DNA of 38,121 bases from positions 1 through 38,121 of IMG/VR virus record IMGVR_UViG_3300047400_000075; one strand, 5' to 3'. This DNA is from a virus. Lineage: Duplodnaviria; Caudoviricetes. A program made the position numbers and the translations under genes. Positions 1-8,897 of the stretch are shown here, one piece after another. The notes under the pieces are model-generated. The model worked only from the letters and a program-made list of their open reading frames with translations. It ran no database searches and was not told the origin of the DNA. Position 1 is the stretch's first letter. Every line of letters starts with the position of its first letter.

Positions 1-236
1 ATCCAGGAGCCATCGCCGACCACATGCGGCGACCGACGCAACCGGCGCAGCGTCTGACTGCCATCGGCTGCGGTATTGGCCGATAGCTCATAAATCGTGC
101 CGTCCGTCGCCGATCCAACGTAGTGATTCTCGAACGCGAAGATGTGCGTGCGCGCCAGTGGGAGATGCCAGTCCCCGTCGCGCACATTCCACGACAGCCA
201 CTCATGCCATTGCTCGGTCGTGTTGTCGTAGACCCA
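1..236. repeat. Terminal direct repeat, left copy (circular assembly overlap)
   Basis: Identical to 37886-38121 except T128 vs A38013. Confidence 0.97.
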
Positions 237-1175
237 GCAGGCGTCGGCGGTCGGAAACAGGAAGACGCTAAACACATGCCCGCGCCAGATATACTCGAAC
301 GTCGAACAGTCGTTGACCGTGCTATAGTCACTGAGCGCGACTTCCACAGCCGACGTGCTCACCCGCTTGGAAGCCGATCCCTGCGCGCTCCAAATCGCCC
401 GCCCGCCGTCGCTGTTCTCGCCAATCCAGACAATACCCTCGGTGGGCTGCGACACGCCAAACGGCGAGGACAGACCCAGGGAGATGATGGAATTGGGCAC
501 CGGCTCGAATGGAAACGTGCCGCCCGCATCCCACCACACTTCGGTATTCTGGCTGCCGAACAACCACAAGACCTTGTGGTCGAAGTCCACCGCCAACGCC
601 ACCAGTCGATCCGACGTTTGGGACTTCTGCGCCACGTCGAGCGCATCCCAGGAGGTAAAATCCTCGAGCGCCGAAATCTGGAACGTGGAGGCGCTGGACT
701 GCAGCACGATCCCGTAGCCATCGAGGAAACAGCACATCGAGGCCGTGCCCTGCGGGAAGTCTGGATCGGCAATCTGCGTCAGGATGTTCGTGGTCTTGTT
801 ATAGACGTAGCCGTAGCCCCCGACCACCACCAGCAATTGGCCGCCCGCATCGCCATTGCTGACGATGGTTCCCATGTCGGTGCCAGCCGCCACCGTGCCG
901 CGCAGCGTGACCGAATGATCGGAGAAGAACTCATAGAACCCGGTGCCGGAAATCAGGAACGAGCGGCCATCCTGCTGAAAGGCCGCCCGATGTGGGCCCG
1001 TCCCCGCCGTGCCGACCGCGACCAGTCCCGGCGTGCCGAGCAACCATTCCGCCGAACGAGGGGTGCCGCCCGCAATCGCCGCCTTTCCCAGATACCAATT
1101 CACGGTCCGCTCGGCATTGACCGCCGTGAACTGCCCTTGCGCCGATGGCCCGATAAATCCGCGCAGAGGGGTCAT
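1..1175 (-). CDS. P22 gp10-like tail hub / packaged DNA stabilization protein, N-terminal part (continues across the join to 37609; ~483 aa)
   Basis: Not in the ORF track because it runs off the edge. ATG at 1175 overlaps the upstream TGA; reads MTPLRGFIGPSAQGQFTAVNAERTVNWY...LLGTPGL; same frame as ORF 37609..38070; follows the gp4-like gene. Confidence 0.85.
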   Translation of the reverse strand, partial: MTPLRGFIGPSAQGQFTAVNAERTVNWYLGKAAIAGGTPRSAEWLLGTPGLVAVGTAGTGPHRAAFQQDGRSFLISGTGFYEFFSDHSVTLRGTVAAGTDMGTIVSNGDAGGQLLVVVGGYGYVYNKTTNILTQIADPDFPQGTASMCCFLDGYGIVLQSSASTFQISALEDFTSWDALDVAQKSQTSDRLVALAVDFDHKVLWLFGSQNTEVWWDAGGTFPFEPVPNSIISLGLSSPFGVSQPTEGIVWIGENSDGGRAIWSAQGSASKRVSTSAVEVALSDYSTVNDCSTFEYIWRGHVFSVFLFPTADACWVYDNTTEQWHEWLSWNVRDGDWHLPLARTHIFAFENHYVGSATDGTIYELSANTAADGSQTLRRLRRSPHVVGDGSW

Positions 1176-2266
1176 GCGCGGTTCGGCGCGTCCGACAGGA
1201 TTGACCAGTGGCCCGATCCAGAGCGACGCGGCTGGAGCAGTGCCGGTTCACAGGTCAATTCACGCGGCCGGTAGTTGGGTTTGGCGATCGCCAGCTTGCT
1301 TTCTCCTGCGATCCGCACGATGCCTTCGACCTTCGGGGCCGTCAGCCCAGCGGGATATTCCGCGAGCAGTTCTTTGGCGAGGTTGTAGCGCAACGCTCGC
1401 GCATACCCCGGGGCAAAGGCATACGCCGTATCCAAGGACGCGAACTGCGACAGCGTGGCCGAGGTATAGAGCGCAATCGAGACGGTCTGTGTCCCGCTCG
1501 GCACCGGCCAGAGCGTCACCGTGCCCAAGCCGTTGCTATAGGCGTGGTCGTAGTAGAACGAGGTCGGAAACGGCGCTTGCACGGACTTGTAACTGATGCC
1601 CGCATACCGATCCAGCGTCAAGGGCTCCAGCGGGAATTCGTAACTGACACTGGACGCGGTGTAAATCAGGCCCGCTTTCGCGATCCAATTGGGCCACGCC
1701 TGATTCCATGTCCCACCCGGGCCGATGGTATAGCTCGCCGTCCCACCCGTCAGGCTGTAGGTCGTCCGGGTCGTACTTGGCACCAAGACGCGCTCGGCAC
1801 CCCACGCATCGATCAGTTGATTGAGCGTAAAGAGGGCATCCGACGTTTCGGATGCCGTCGCGGATTCCCCTGGCGCCAACGCCCCCAAGAGCCGCATCGC
1901 CCCATGCACCAGTGTCCGCGCCGTAATCGACGTGGTGGCCGTGCTGGACGGCGACAGGGCGACCGCCGCCGCCGTGAGGTCTTGGAGGACTTCAAACTCG
2001 TCATTGCGCGGATCGCAGCCCGTCGCCGTCGCGTGCAGCATCAACGGGCCGAGCGTGTTCGCATCGGTCGCATTGGCCGCGACTTGATACAGGCCGTTCC
2101 CGATTTCCGTGACCGCGCCCGCAGGCGTGGTAAAGCTCGACGCGCCCGACTTCAGGATGGTAACGGTCGGCGTCTTGCCCGTGGCCCCGGTAATGTGGTC
2201 CGAGGACGAGACGAGCAGGAAGTAGAGCGGTGTTGCGGTGTTGTTCTGCTTGAGATAGCAGCCCAT
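1172..2266 (-). CDS. P22 gp4-like head-to-tail adaptor with an extra N-terminal beta-rich domain
   Basis: From about aa 112: TARTLVHGAMRLLGALAPGE..DALFTLNQLIDAW..PGYARALRYNLAKEL; position between head genes and gp10-like gene. Confidence 0.8.
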   Translation of the reverse strand: MGCYLKQNNTATPLYFLLVSSSDHITGATGKTPTVTILKSGASSFTTPAGAVTEIGNGLYQVAANATDANTLGPLMLHATATGCDPRNDEFEVLQDLTAAAVALSPSSTATTSITARTLVHGAMRLLGALAPGESATASETSDALFTLNQLIDAWGAERVLVPSTTRTTYSLTGGTASYTIGPGGTWNQAWPNWIAKAGLIYTASSVSYEFPLEPLTLDRYAGISYKSVQAPFPTSFYYDHAYSNGLGTVTLWPVPSGTQTVSIALYTSATLSQFASLDTAYAFAPGYARALRYNLAKELLAEYPAGLTAPKVEGIVRIAGESKLAIAKPNYRPRELTCEPALLQPRRSGSGHWSILSDAPNRA

Positions 2267-2473
2267 CTAGACCTCCCGCTTCGGCCGTCCGCGCCGCCGC
2301 GGCTCCATCACCGAGACTTCCGGCGTGTGCTCTGAGGCATAGAACGCGGCTGGGGTATCGGCCCAGTCCGGCCCCAACGCCCGATCCGCGTCCACGTCAG
2401 GCACAATCACGGCTGGCAACGTCCGGTGATACCGCCAGCGTGGATAGCAGGCGATGTCGTAATCCTGATCCAT
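2267..2473 (-). CDS. Small conserved head-region protein
   Basis: YPRWRYH...ALGPDWADTP and basic RRRGRPK tail; coupled to neighbours. Confidence 0.65.
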   Translation of the reverse strand: MDQDYDIACYPRWRYHRTLPAVIVPDVDADRALGPDWADTPAAFYASEHTPEVSVMEPRRRGRPKREV

Positions 2474-2751
2474 CAGCGATAGACCGCGATGAACGATTCC
2501 GCCGTCGAGCTGGCACCCACTCGACGCACGCGCAGCGGCAGAAAGAAACAGCCCGCCGCCTGCACCGTCAATGTGGTCGAATTGCCCGCCACATCGATGA
2601 GGATCGCCGTCTTTCCTGCGGCTGACGCATTGACGATGATCCCATCCGGCAGTGAGGACATCTGCATCGGTTTGGTGGTGTCGTTGCCGTCAATGTCCAG
2701 CGTGTCAGACTTGGTAATCGTGACGAAGCGTGAATAGCCCGCGTCAGCCAT
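2473..2751 (-). CDS. Small beta-rich virion protein (capsid spike/decoration-like)
   Basis: C-terminal LPLRVRRVGASSTAESFIAVY pattern of small phage structural proteins; operon context. Confidence 0.55.
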   Translation of the reverse strand: MADAGYSRFVTITKSDTLDIDGNDTTKPMQMSSLPDGIIVNASAAGKTAILIDVAGNSTTLTVQAAGCFFLPLRVRRVGASSTAESFIAVYR

Positions 2752-2962
2752 GAGTCGATGTCTCCCTTAACAGTCGTGCAATCCGATGCTGCACCGTGGT
2801 GACGCTGGCCGCACTCAACGGCCCAAACTCTTTGCGCGCCTCGGTAAGCAGGTCGAGGACCGCCAGGAGCGTGCGACGGTCAAGAGGTGCCCCACCCGCC
2901 ACGCTGGCATCCACCAGTTCCGCCAAATCAGCCGCCACCACGTCACGCCCCCACCAGTTCAC
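2744..2962 (-). CDS. Hypothetical protein
   Basis: Fills the gap between coupled genes. Confidence 0.5.
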   Translation of the reverse strand: MNWWGRDVVAADLAELVDASVAGGAPLDRRTLLAVLDLLTEARKEFGPLSAASVTTVQHRIARLLRETSTHG

Positions 2963-3746
2963 TCAACGGGCGAATCGCACACTCCGGTGGGCGAGGCGTC
3001 TCCAACGTCTCAAGCTCCACCTGTCGGCGAATGTCCTCTGGCATCACCTCGAGGCCGTGCCTGTCCAGTGTCTTGGCCGTCTCCACGCGGTCCCGCGTCC
3101 AGACCCGCTTCGTGTAGGCATGGACCAGCTTGCCGTGCTCGTCGTGCGACTCGTAGCCGTACAGCTCTTTCGGGTCGGCCAAGAGCGTGCAGGTCTCCGG
3201 CATCACCAGATGCACGCCCAGCGCCTCGGCGCGGCCCATCCAATACTCCGTGCTCCCCCGCTGCGTGCCGTATTCACAGTCGGGCGAGTAGTTCACGCCG
3301 AAGAAGCCGAGATGGGTCACGCCTTCCGTCAACGCCAGCGCAATCATGTAGGCGACATGCGAGGTGAAATACTTGCGCGCCATGCCCATCGAGACGCGCT
3401 CAAACGGGTAGGCGATCGACGCCGGCACTTCTGGAAATCGCTCCTGCATGTAGATAGGCGTCCGACAGGTCGCCAGCCACCGCAGATACTTCTGCCCCTT
3501 GTTGTTGGACTTCGCCCAGCATTCCTTGCGGTGCAGGTCGAAGAACACATCCGGCTCGCGCTGGAACATGCCGCGTGAACTGGCGTGCCCCCACAGTTCC
3601 CAGGAGGGATCGTCCCAGGGCGCGAACTTCAGGCTCTTTTCGTGTGAGCCGAGAAAGCCAATCTTGCGGAGGCGGCCCTGACCCGCCATTGGTGGACGAG
3701 GGACTTTCACCCCCGCCACTTCCGCCCGCGTCAGGGCCACCGCCAT
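2943..3746 (-). CDS. Putative glycosyltransferase with sialyltransferase/Maf-like fold
   Basis: KIGFLGS..APWDDPSWELWG; FFDLH; FTSHVAYMIALALTEGVTHLGFFGVNY..EY..QR pattern. Confidence 0.55.
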   Translation of the reverse strand: MAVALTRAEVAGVKVPRPPMAGQGRLRKIGFLGSHEKSLKFAPWDDPSWELWGHASSRGMFQREPDVFFDLHRKECWAKSNNKGQKYLRWLATCRTPIYMQERFPEVPASIAYPFERVSMGMARKYFTSHVAYMIALALTEGVTHLGFFGVNYSPDCEYGTQRGSTEYWMGRAEALGVHLVMPETCTLLADPKELYGYESHDEHGKLVHAYTKRVWTRDRVETAKTLDRHGLEVMPEDIRRQVELETLETPRPPECAIRPLSELVGA

Positions 3747-3747
3747 A

Positions 3748-4581
3748 CTACGAGAGCCCCAGGTCGCTCGCCGCGGCGAGCACGTAGGGGTAGTTCAGGA
3801 ACACCGGCAGACCCACACCCGTGTGTGAGACGGCCGACGTCACGTTGGTCGTTGCATCAGCGGTAATGAACATGTTGTAGATGTACCGCTGGGCCGTGGA
3901 CGTGGTATTGATGACGGCGGTCATGCCGGCATTCGGCGAGGACACCGAAGCGGCCACAATCGGCACATAGGCCGACGTGATACCGCTCGTCGCACTCGCG
4001 TCCTGCGCGTTGGCCGCGCCATACACCTGCACCCAGCCCCACTGATCCGACGTGGAGGTCTGCTCGGCGACCACCCCGACGGAGCCCTGGAAGCCCGCCA
4101 CCAGCACCGTGGCCGTGTAGTTGCCATCGTTGCTGATCGACACCGTCACGCCCGTATGGACCGTGGTGTCGAAGTTGCACATGACGTATTCCTTGCCCGC
4201 GACCGCCCGCCGCGTGCCCGGAACGCCATAGGTGGGCAGGATGCCGTCCGGCGTGCCGCCCGTGCCGATGAGGCCGACATAGCCCCCTTCGGTCGCCGCG
4301 CCGAACTTGTCCTTGGAGCCGAACCACACCGTGGAGCTGTTCGCGTGCGGCTTGGCCTTGGACCCATCCACCCCGCGAATCACCTCGACGGTGCCCGAGA
4401 TGGGGATGGACTGAACCAGCATCTTCTCGTCGTCGATGACCAGGACCGACTGGCCCTGACCCGCGACGAGCGATCCGACGCCGTAGATGTTCGAGGTCGA
4501 GGTCAGCACGAAGCGCGTCTGCCGCGCGTCGATACCGCCCGTGGTGTTCAGAGTCGTGCTCGAGAGCTGTGCGATAGACAT
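3748..4581 (-). CDS. Capsid decoration/cement-like protein
   Basis: Directly after coat; S/T/G/V-rich; GTRRAVAGKEYVM and QWGWVQVYG motifs. Confidence 0.6.
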   Translation of the reverse strand: MSIAQLSSTTLNTTGGIDARQTRFVLTSTSNIYGVGSLVAGQGQSVLVIDDEKMLVQSIPISGTVEVIRGVDGSKAKPHANSSTVWFGSKDKFGAATEGGYVGLIGTGGTPDGILPTYGVPGTRRAVAGKEYVMCNFDTTVHTGVTVSISNDGNYTATVLVAGFQGSVGVVAEQTSTSDQWGWVQVYGAANAQDASATSGITSAYVPIVAASVSSPNAGMTAVINTTSTAQRYIYNMFITADATTNVTSAVSHTGVGLPVFLNYPYVLAAASDLGLS

Positions 4582-4584
4582 GGC

Positions 4585-5826
4585 TTAGGCTCCCTGCACG
4601 CGCAAGCAGGTCCATTCCGGCCTGATGGCGTTCCAGCCCCAGAACATGTCGAGGCGTGCGAGGTTGTTGTCATTCGAGATGTCGAAGCTCTTGGTCAGCC
4701 GCATGCTGATCCCCAGCTCTTCATCCCGGGCAAAGACGCACACCGGGGCGTCCACGTCCTCCGCGTCGGCCATCGCCAGGACCAGCGAGTCTTCCGCGAA
4801 GATGAGGCCCTGACGGCTCGTGGTCGCCGTCTGCGAGCCACCGGCCGACATGCCGAGGTAGGTGATGACCGCCGAGTTCGCCGGCAGCGCCGTCACGTTC
4901 TGGAGCGGCGTGGCGGCGGCGTAGAGAGGCGGATAGAAGTTCAGCGTCACCGTGCCCGAACTATCCGTGGTCGTCTGGGTGACCGTGAACTGCCGCAGGC
5001 GGTTCGTGCTGGTAAACGTCGCCGAGTTGATCTCGTAGACGCCCGCCATCGTGAACCAGTCGCCTTCCTGGATGGTCGTATTGCCCGAGCCCCACCCGGT
5101 CGAACTGAGGGATGTGGCACCTTCCACGACGTTGGCCGAGGCGCTGACAATCGGGGTCGCCGTGGTCGTGGCGCCCGTGGTATGCACCGCCACGTTCGGC
5201 GAGCTGAACCACTTCTCGATGCCATACGCCGGGCCGCCGAACTGGCCCTTGGTGAACGCCGAGCTAATGGCCCCGGTCGGCGCGAAATACGCCTTCTGGG
5301 CATCGGCAATCACCGCGCTCTGGTCGGACGACAGAATCGCCACCAGATCCCGGTTGTTGCCGTTCATGTCCACGAGCTTGGCGTTGCCCTGCGAATACGT
5401 GAGGCCCGCCGTCGGGGACACACCCACGGAGCCAATGGAGTTCGGGATCTTCTTGTAGAGCCGCGAGAAGCCCTTGTTCTCCATGTCCTGCACGAGCGCA
5501 TTGGCCGCCGGGATGATGCAGGTCCGCATGATCTCGGACTTTTCCAGCGTCAGGGTGTAGCTGGAGAGTTCGAGCCCGATGTTGGTCTGGTCGGTGATGC
5601 TGATCGGCGTCACCTGATCGATCACGGGCTGCTTGTTCAACTGCGCGCCAGAGGCCGCACGGGGCCGCTGCGGCAGGCGGGCGTTGATGGTCGCTCCGAC
5701 CTTCGCCCCCTTCACGCGAAACTGGGAGTCATACGAGCGGTTCGCGTTCTTCGCCAGGACGCACCTGTTGAGGAACTGATACGCGATCTCGTTGACCACC
5801 CACTGTGGAGTGACAACTGATGCCAT
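4585..5826 (-). CDS. Major capsid protein, P22 coat (gp5)-like
   Basis: NRSYDSQFRVKGAKVGATINARLP; GDWFTMAGVYEIN...LRQFTV; RLDMFWGWNAIRPEWTCLRV. Confidence 0.93.
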   Translation of the reverse strand: MASVVTPQWVVNEIAYQFLNRCVLAKNANRSYDSQFRVKGAKVGATINARLPQRPRAASGAQLNKQPVIDQVTPISITDQTNIGLELSSYTLTLEKSEIMRTCIIPAANALVQDMENKGFSRLYKKIPNSIGSVGVSPTAGLTYSQGNAKLVDMNGNNRDLVAILSSDQSAVIADAQKAYFAPTGAISSAFTKGQFGGPAYGIEKWFSSPNVAVHTTGATTTATPIVSASANVVEGATSLSSTGWGSGNTTIQEGDWFTMAGVYEINSATFTSTNRLRQFTVTQTTTDSSGTVTLNFYPPLYAAATPLQNVTALPANSAVITYLGMSAGGSQTATTSRQGLIFAEDSLVLAMADAEDVDAPVCVFARDEELGISMRLTKSFDISNDNNLARLDMFWGWNAIRPEWTCLRVQGA

Positions 5827-5828
5827 GA

Positions 5829-6788
5829 TTACCTCGCCCGACGCTCACGGTCCTCGCGTTCCCGCAGGCGCACATGCTCCTTGAGGGACCGGGCCGACTC
5901 GTCGGTGGGCTGAGCACCCGAGCCCACCGTCACGGACGGGGGCGCCGGGGCCTGTGATGTGGGAACGGGCTTCGGCGCCATCGCCGCACGCACCGTCGCT
6001 TTGACTTCGCCCAGCGCGACCAACGGGTTCACGCCAGGAGCCAATACGTCCTTCACAGCGTCCGGATGGGTCGCAAGGTGATAGAGCACCTGCGGGCCGA
6101 GCGCATCACTCGCCACAAAGGCGGCAATGGCTGGCGAGGACGGATGCTGGGCGTATTGGGCGATAAAGGGGTCGGTTACCGCGTCGAAGTCCGAGAACTG
6201 CTCCCGCATCACCTGCGCGCGACCCTGATAGGTCGAAATCGCCTGTGAGACAGACTGCTCCTCGGCCACACGCTGACGCGCGGCGTGCTCCTGCTTCGCT
6301 TCCTGCCGTCGATCCCACGCCGCCTGGGCGCGGAGATAGCCCGCGTAGGGGTCGGCATGGTTCGGATTGGCCGCGACGAAGCTCTCGTAGGTGGGTTCCG
6401 GGTCGCGCGGGTCGATCGCCGGTGCCGCAGGGCGCGATTCTGCAGCGGGCGGAGGCTGAACCACGGCCATCTGCTCGCGCAATTCCTTGCGCTGGCGCAG
6501 CAGCTCGTTCAGTTCGCTGATTTCGGTCTGGAGCTTGGCCTTTCGGGCGTCGAGTCTCGAGGCGCGCAGCTTCCGGCCTGCCTCAGACAACTCGGCATCC
6601 GGCTTCAGGCTGTCGGCTTCGGCTGTCGCGGCAGCCTCGTCTACGACTGGCGCCGCAGGCGTTTCTGCGGCCTTCGTTTCGACAGGAATCGCGTCAGTCT
6701 TGGCGTCGTTGAGTTCAGCCTGTTCGCGCAGCGTAAGTGTCGCGGCCGTAATCGGCTGCGTCGCGGGCGCGGTTTCCGTTGCTTCCAT
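5829..6788 (-). CDS. Scaffolding protein
   Basis: Acidic A/E/P-rich coiled coil, GPQVLYHLATHP motif, directly upstream of coat; ATG 6788 has a GGAG SD. Confidence 0.85.
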   Translation of the reverse strand: MEATETAPATQPITAATLTLREQAELNDAKTDAIPVETKAAETPAAPVVDEAAATAEADSLKPDAELSEAGRKLRASRLDARKAKLQTEISELNELLRQRKELREQMAVVQPPPAAESRPAAPAIDPRDPEPTYESFVAANPNHADPYAGYLRAQAAWDRRQEAKQEHAARQRVAEEQSVSQAISTYQGRAQVMREQFSDFDAVTDPFIAQYAQHPSSPAIAAFVASDALGPQVLYHLATHPDAVKDVLAPGVNPLVALGEVKATVRAAMAPKPVPTSQAPAPPSVTVGSGAQPTDESARSLKEHVRLREREDRERRAR

Positions 6789-6801
6789 GCGTCTCCAGAC
6801 C

Positions 6802-6848
6802 AAAAGAAAAAGGCCGGCCCAAACGCAGATGCGTCTGGAACCGGCCTT
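6802..6848 (-). terminator. Intrinsic terminator-like hairpin in the scaffold leader
   Basis: Minus strand AAGGCCGG-ttccagacgcatctgcgtttggg-CCGGCCTT followed by a T tract. Confidence 0.7.
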
Positions 6849-6943
6849 GTGTTGGTGACCCGCTCGCGCGGGGCAACCGTCAGGCTATGAAGTTGTTCTG
6901 CGACCCGCGCCCGTAGCTGCGCGGAGTCTACACTACCGTGTCA

Positions 6944-6972
6944 AGGCTACGTGCGTTTCTGGGGCCTGTCAA
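6944..6972 (-). promoter_or_regulatory. Sigma70-like promoter for the scaffold/coat operon
   Basis: TTGACA-17 bp-TAGCCT on the minus strand. Confidence 0.55.
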
Positions 6973-7198
6973 GGAGGATTCGGATCGGTGGCTGCGGAAA
7001 TTCAGCCGCATGGGCAATCCCTTGGCCGAAGTGCAGCACCAGTGATCCGGTATAGCGTTCGGTATAGAGGCGCATCAGCAGATCGGGCATCGTTATCTGC
7101 TCTCCAATCGCAAACGCAGTGCGATTGGTTATTCGCTGCGCTTCGGTTTCACTAATGCCGAACTCTCTAGCCAATGCAGCCATTAGTCGCGTGGACAT
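6947..7198 (-). CDS. Hypothetical protein (C-terminus resembles DUF2292/YezD-like small proteins)
   Basis: ATG 7198; RYTGSLVLHFGQGI. Confidence 0.5.
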   Translation of the reverse strand: MSTRLMAALAREFGISETEAQRITNRTAFAIGEQITMPDLLMRLYTERYTGSLVLHFGQGIAHAAEFPQPPIRILLDRPQKRT

Positions 7199-7218
7199 GT
7201 CACCGATCCCCCATGTCG

Positions 7219-7246
7219 GCAACCGCGCCAAAGCCCCTTTGAGTCG
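7219..7246. repeat. 28-bp direct repeat, copy 1
   Basis: gcaaccgcgccaaagcccctttgagtcg, identical to 7922-7949. Confidence 0.95.
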
Positions 7247-7291
7247 GTCCCGGTGGTGGCCGAGAGGCTGGCAATCAACCGCGTGGTCACA

Positions 7292-7708
7292 CTACTTGCA
7301 CCCATAAAGCACGTCGAATTGAGCGACATGCCTGAATTCCGCCACGTCAGCCGGACCGCCTGTCAGTGTTGATACCATCCATTCTTCCAGCTCCAGCCCA
7401 CGCACCGACAACCCGGCCTGGCTGTCGCGGTAAAACGCGCACCCGGCGACTGTCTCGCCCAATCTTATGGCCGGCATGTCCCCACATTGGAACGCGCCAT
7501 GACGCAAGAGAGCCTCGGCCAACGCCAGCGCGGCGGAGTCAAGGATGGATTCGTCGGCACCCCAATCGACCACGATCGACTGCACCTGTGTCAATTGAGG
7601 CGTTGGGACGAAGGCGATGGCCTCATCGACAAACCGAAGCGGTCGGATTAACTTACTAGCAATAATCTCTGCCACTCGCTGCGTCATGCGCTCTAGTTGT
7701 GTACTCAT
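7292..7708 (-). CDS. Hypothetical protein
   Basis: ATG 7708 with GGAGG SD, overlapping the upstream stop. Confidence 0.6.
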   Translation of the reverse strand: MSTQLERMTQRVAEIIASKLIRPLRFVDEAIAFVPTPQLTQVQSIVVDWGADESILDSAALALAEALLRHGAFQCGDMPAIRLGETVAGCAFYRDSQAGLSVRGLELEEWMVSTLTGGPADVAEFRHVAQFDVLYGCK

Positions 7709-7902
7709 GCCGCCTCCTGCTGGCGATAGGGCTTCCCTGTCAACCACAGCCACCGCGCACAGACGCCCTTGTCGTAGGGCGTCATGCCGTCTTCATAGGC
7801 ATGGTCCAAGAGCTCCGTCACCATCGCCCGACGTTGCTTCGTGGTCTTGCCGAGCGACAAGAACCACTCGCGCTCCTCGTCTGCGGTGAGAATGTCCATC
7901 AT
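7705..7902 (-). CDS. Hypothetical protein
   Basis: Coupled start and stop with both neighbours. Confidence 0.55.
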   Translation of the reverse strand: MMDILTADEEREWFLSLGKTTKQRRAMVTELLDHAYEDGMTPYDKGVCARWLWLTGKPYRQQEAA

Positions 7903-8108
7903 CGACCCACCATCAGCCAACGCAACCGCGCCAAAGCCCCTTTGAGTCGTTCGCGGTCCTGCTCCAGCGCATCGACCCGCTGCGTCAGCTGATCGACACC
8001 GTGATGCAACTGGATCACGGCGTCCATGGTCGTGTTGACCGCTGCGCCCTGCTGCTTGATGGCTTTCTTCAGGTCTGCCCGATTGCCCATCGTGCCGTTA
8101 ATCCGCAT
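7899..8108 (-). CDS. Small coiled-coil protein
   Basis: GAGGAGG SD; heptad pattern; ends LARLRWLMVGR. Confidence 0.6.
   Translation of the reverse strand: MRINGTMGNRADLKKAIKQQGAAVNTTMDAVIQLHHGVDQLTQRVDALEQDRERLKGALARLRWLMVGR
7922..7949. repeat. 28-bp direct repeat, copy 2
   Basis: Identical to 7219-7246; encodes RLKGALARL. Confidence 0.95.
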
Positions 8109-8117
8109 CGTCCTCCT

Positions 8118-8894
8118 CTATGCCGCCAACAAGAGAATCGTCGCCAGTTCGTCCTCGGTCGGGTTTCGCACGCCTTTTGCCTTCACGCTGCCCACCGCAG
8201 ACCGTGCTACGCAACCACCGATCGGCAGGGCGTTCGTCTGACCGACAGCCGTAACCCGACCAACCCGGCAATGGGCGTTCGCACCCCATTTCAGGTCTGC
8301 CTGTGCCGCAATCGACTCGTGCTGCTCAGGGAATGGGGCAATACCGATCCGCTGTTGATTGGCAAAGACCCACCACGGGACGCCCTCGCCCAGCGCCGTG
8401 AGATTGCCGCTGTAACTGTAGGCGACCACGCCGACGACGGCAATCGTGGCGGCCTGCGAGGCACCCCCACCACTAGCCGTGACCGTGCCGACCGCGCTCG
8501 AGGCCGACACCCCAGAGACGGCATACAGCCCTGCCGCCGTTTCGGTCGTGCTGCCGACACTGGACGCACTGGAGACGCCAGAGACCGTCTTGAGCGCCCC
8601 CGCCTGCTCTGTGGCGGTGCCGATCGCACTCGTCGCACTGACGCCTGACGTGGCTTTGAACGCGCCAGCCTTAGCCGTCGACGTGCCAATGGCAGACGTG
8701 GCCGAGACGCCTGTTGCGGCTTTGAGTGCCCCGCCACTGACGACGACCGTCCCGATGGCGCCTGTCGCACTGACGCCAGAGACGGCAATCAGCCCATCCG
8801 ACCCAGGCAGGATTAGGAGGCCCTGCAGGGGAATCGGATGCGGCCGTCTCCCGCGTGTCAGCGGGAACAGGAGGGGATTCTGGTTATTCCGCAC
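8118..8894 (-). CDS. Fibre-like virion protein with five 22-aa repeats
   Basis: Repeats such as LKAATGVSATSAIGTSTAKAGA; ends EDELATILLLAA. Confidence 0.65.
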   Translation of the reverse strand: MRNNQNPLLFPLTRGRRPHPIPLQGLLILPGSDGLIAVSGVSATGAIGTVVVSGGALKAATGVSATSAIGTSTAKAGAFKATSGVSATSAIGTATEQAGALKTVSGVSSASSVGSTTETAAGLYAVSGVSASSAVGTVTASGGGASQAATIAVVGVVAYSYSGNLTALGEGVPWWVFANQQRIGIAPFPEQHESIAAQADLKWGANAHCRVGRVTAVGQTNALPIGGCVARSAVGSVKAKGVRNPTEDELATILLLAA

Positions 8895-8897
8895 GGA

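Noticed and set aside
1-236. Biological terminal repeat of the virion DNA
   Set aside because: Falls in mid-gene and P22-like phages are usually headful packagers; more simply an assembly overlap
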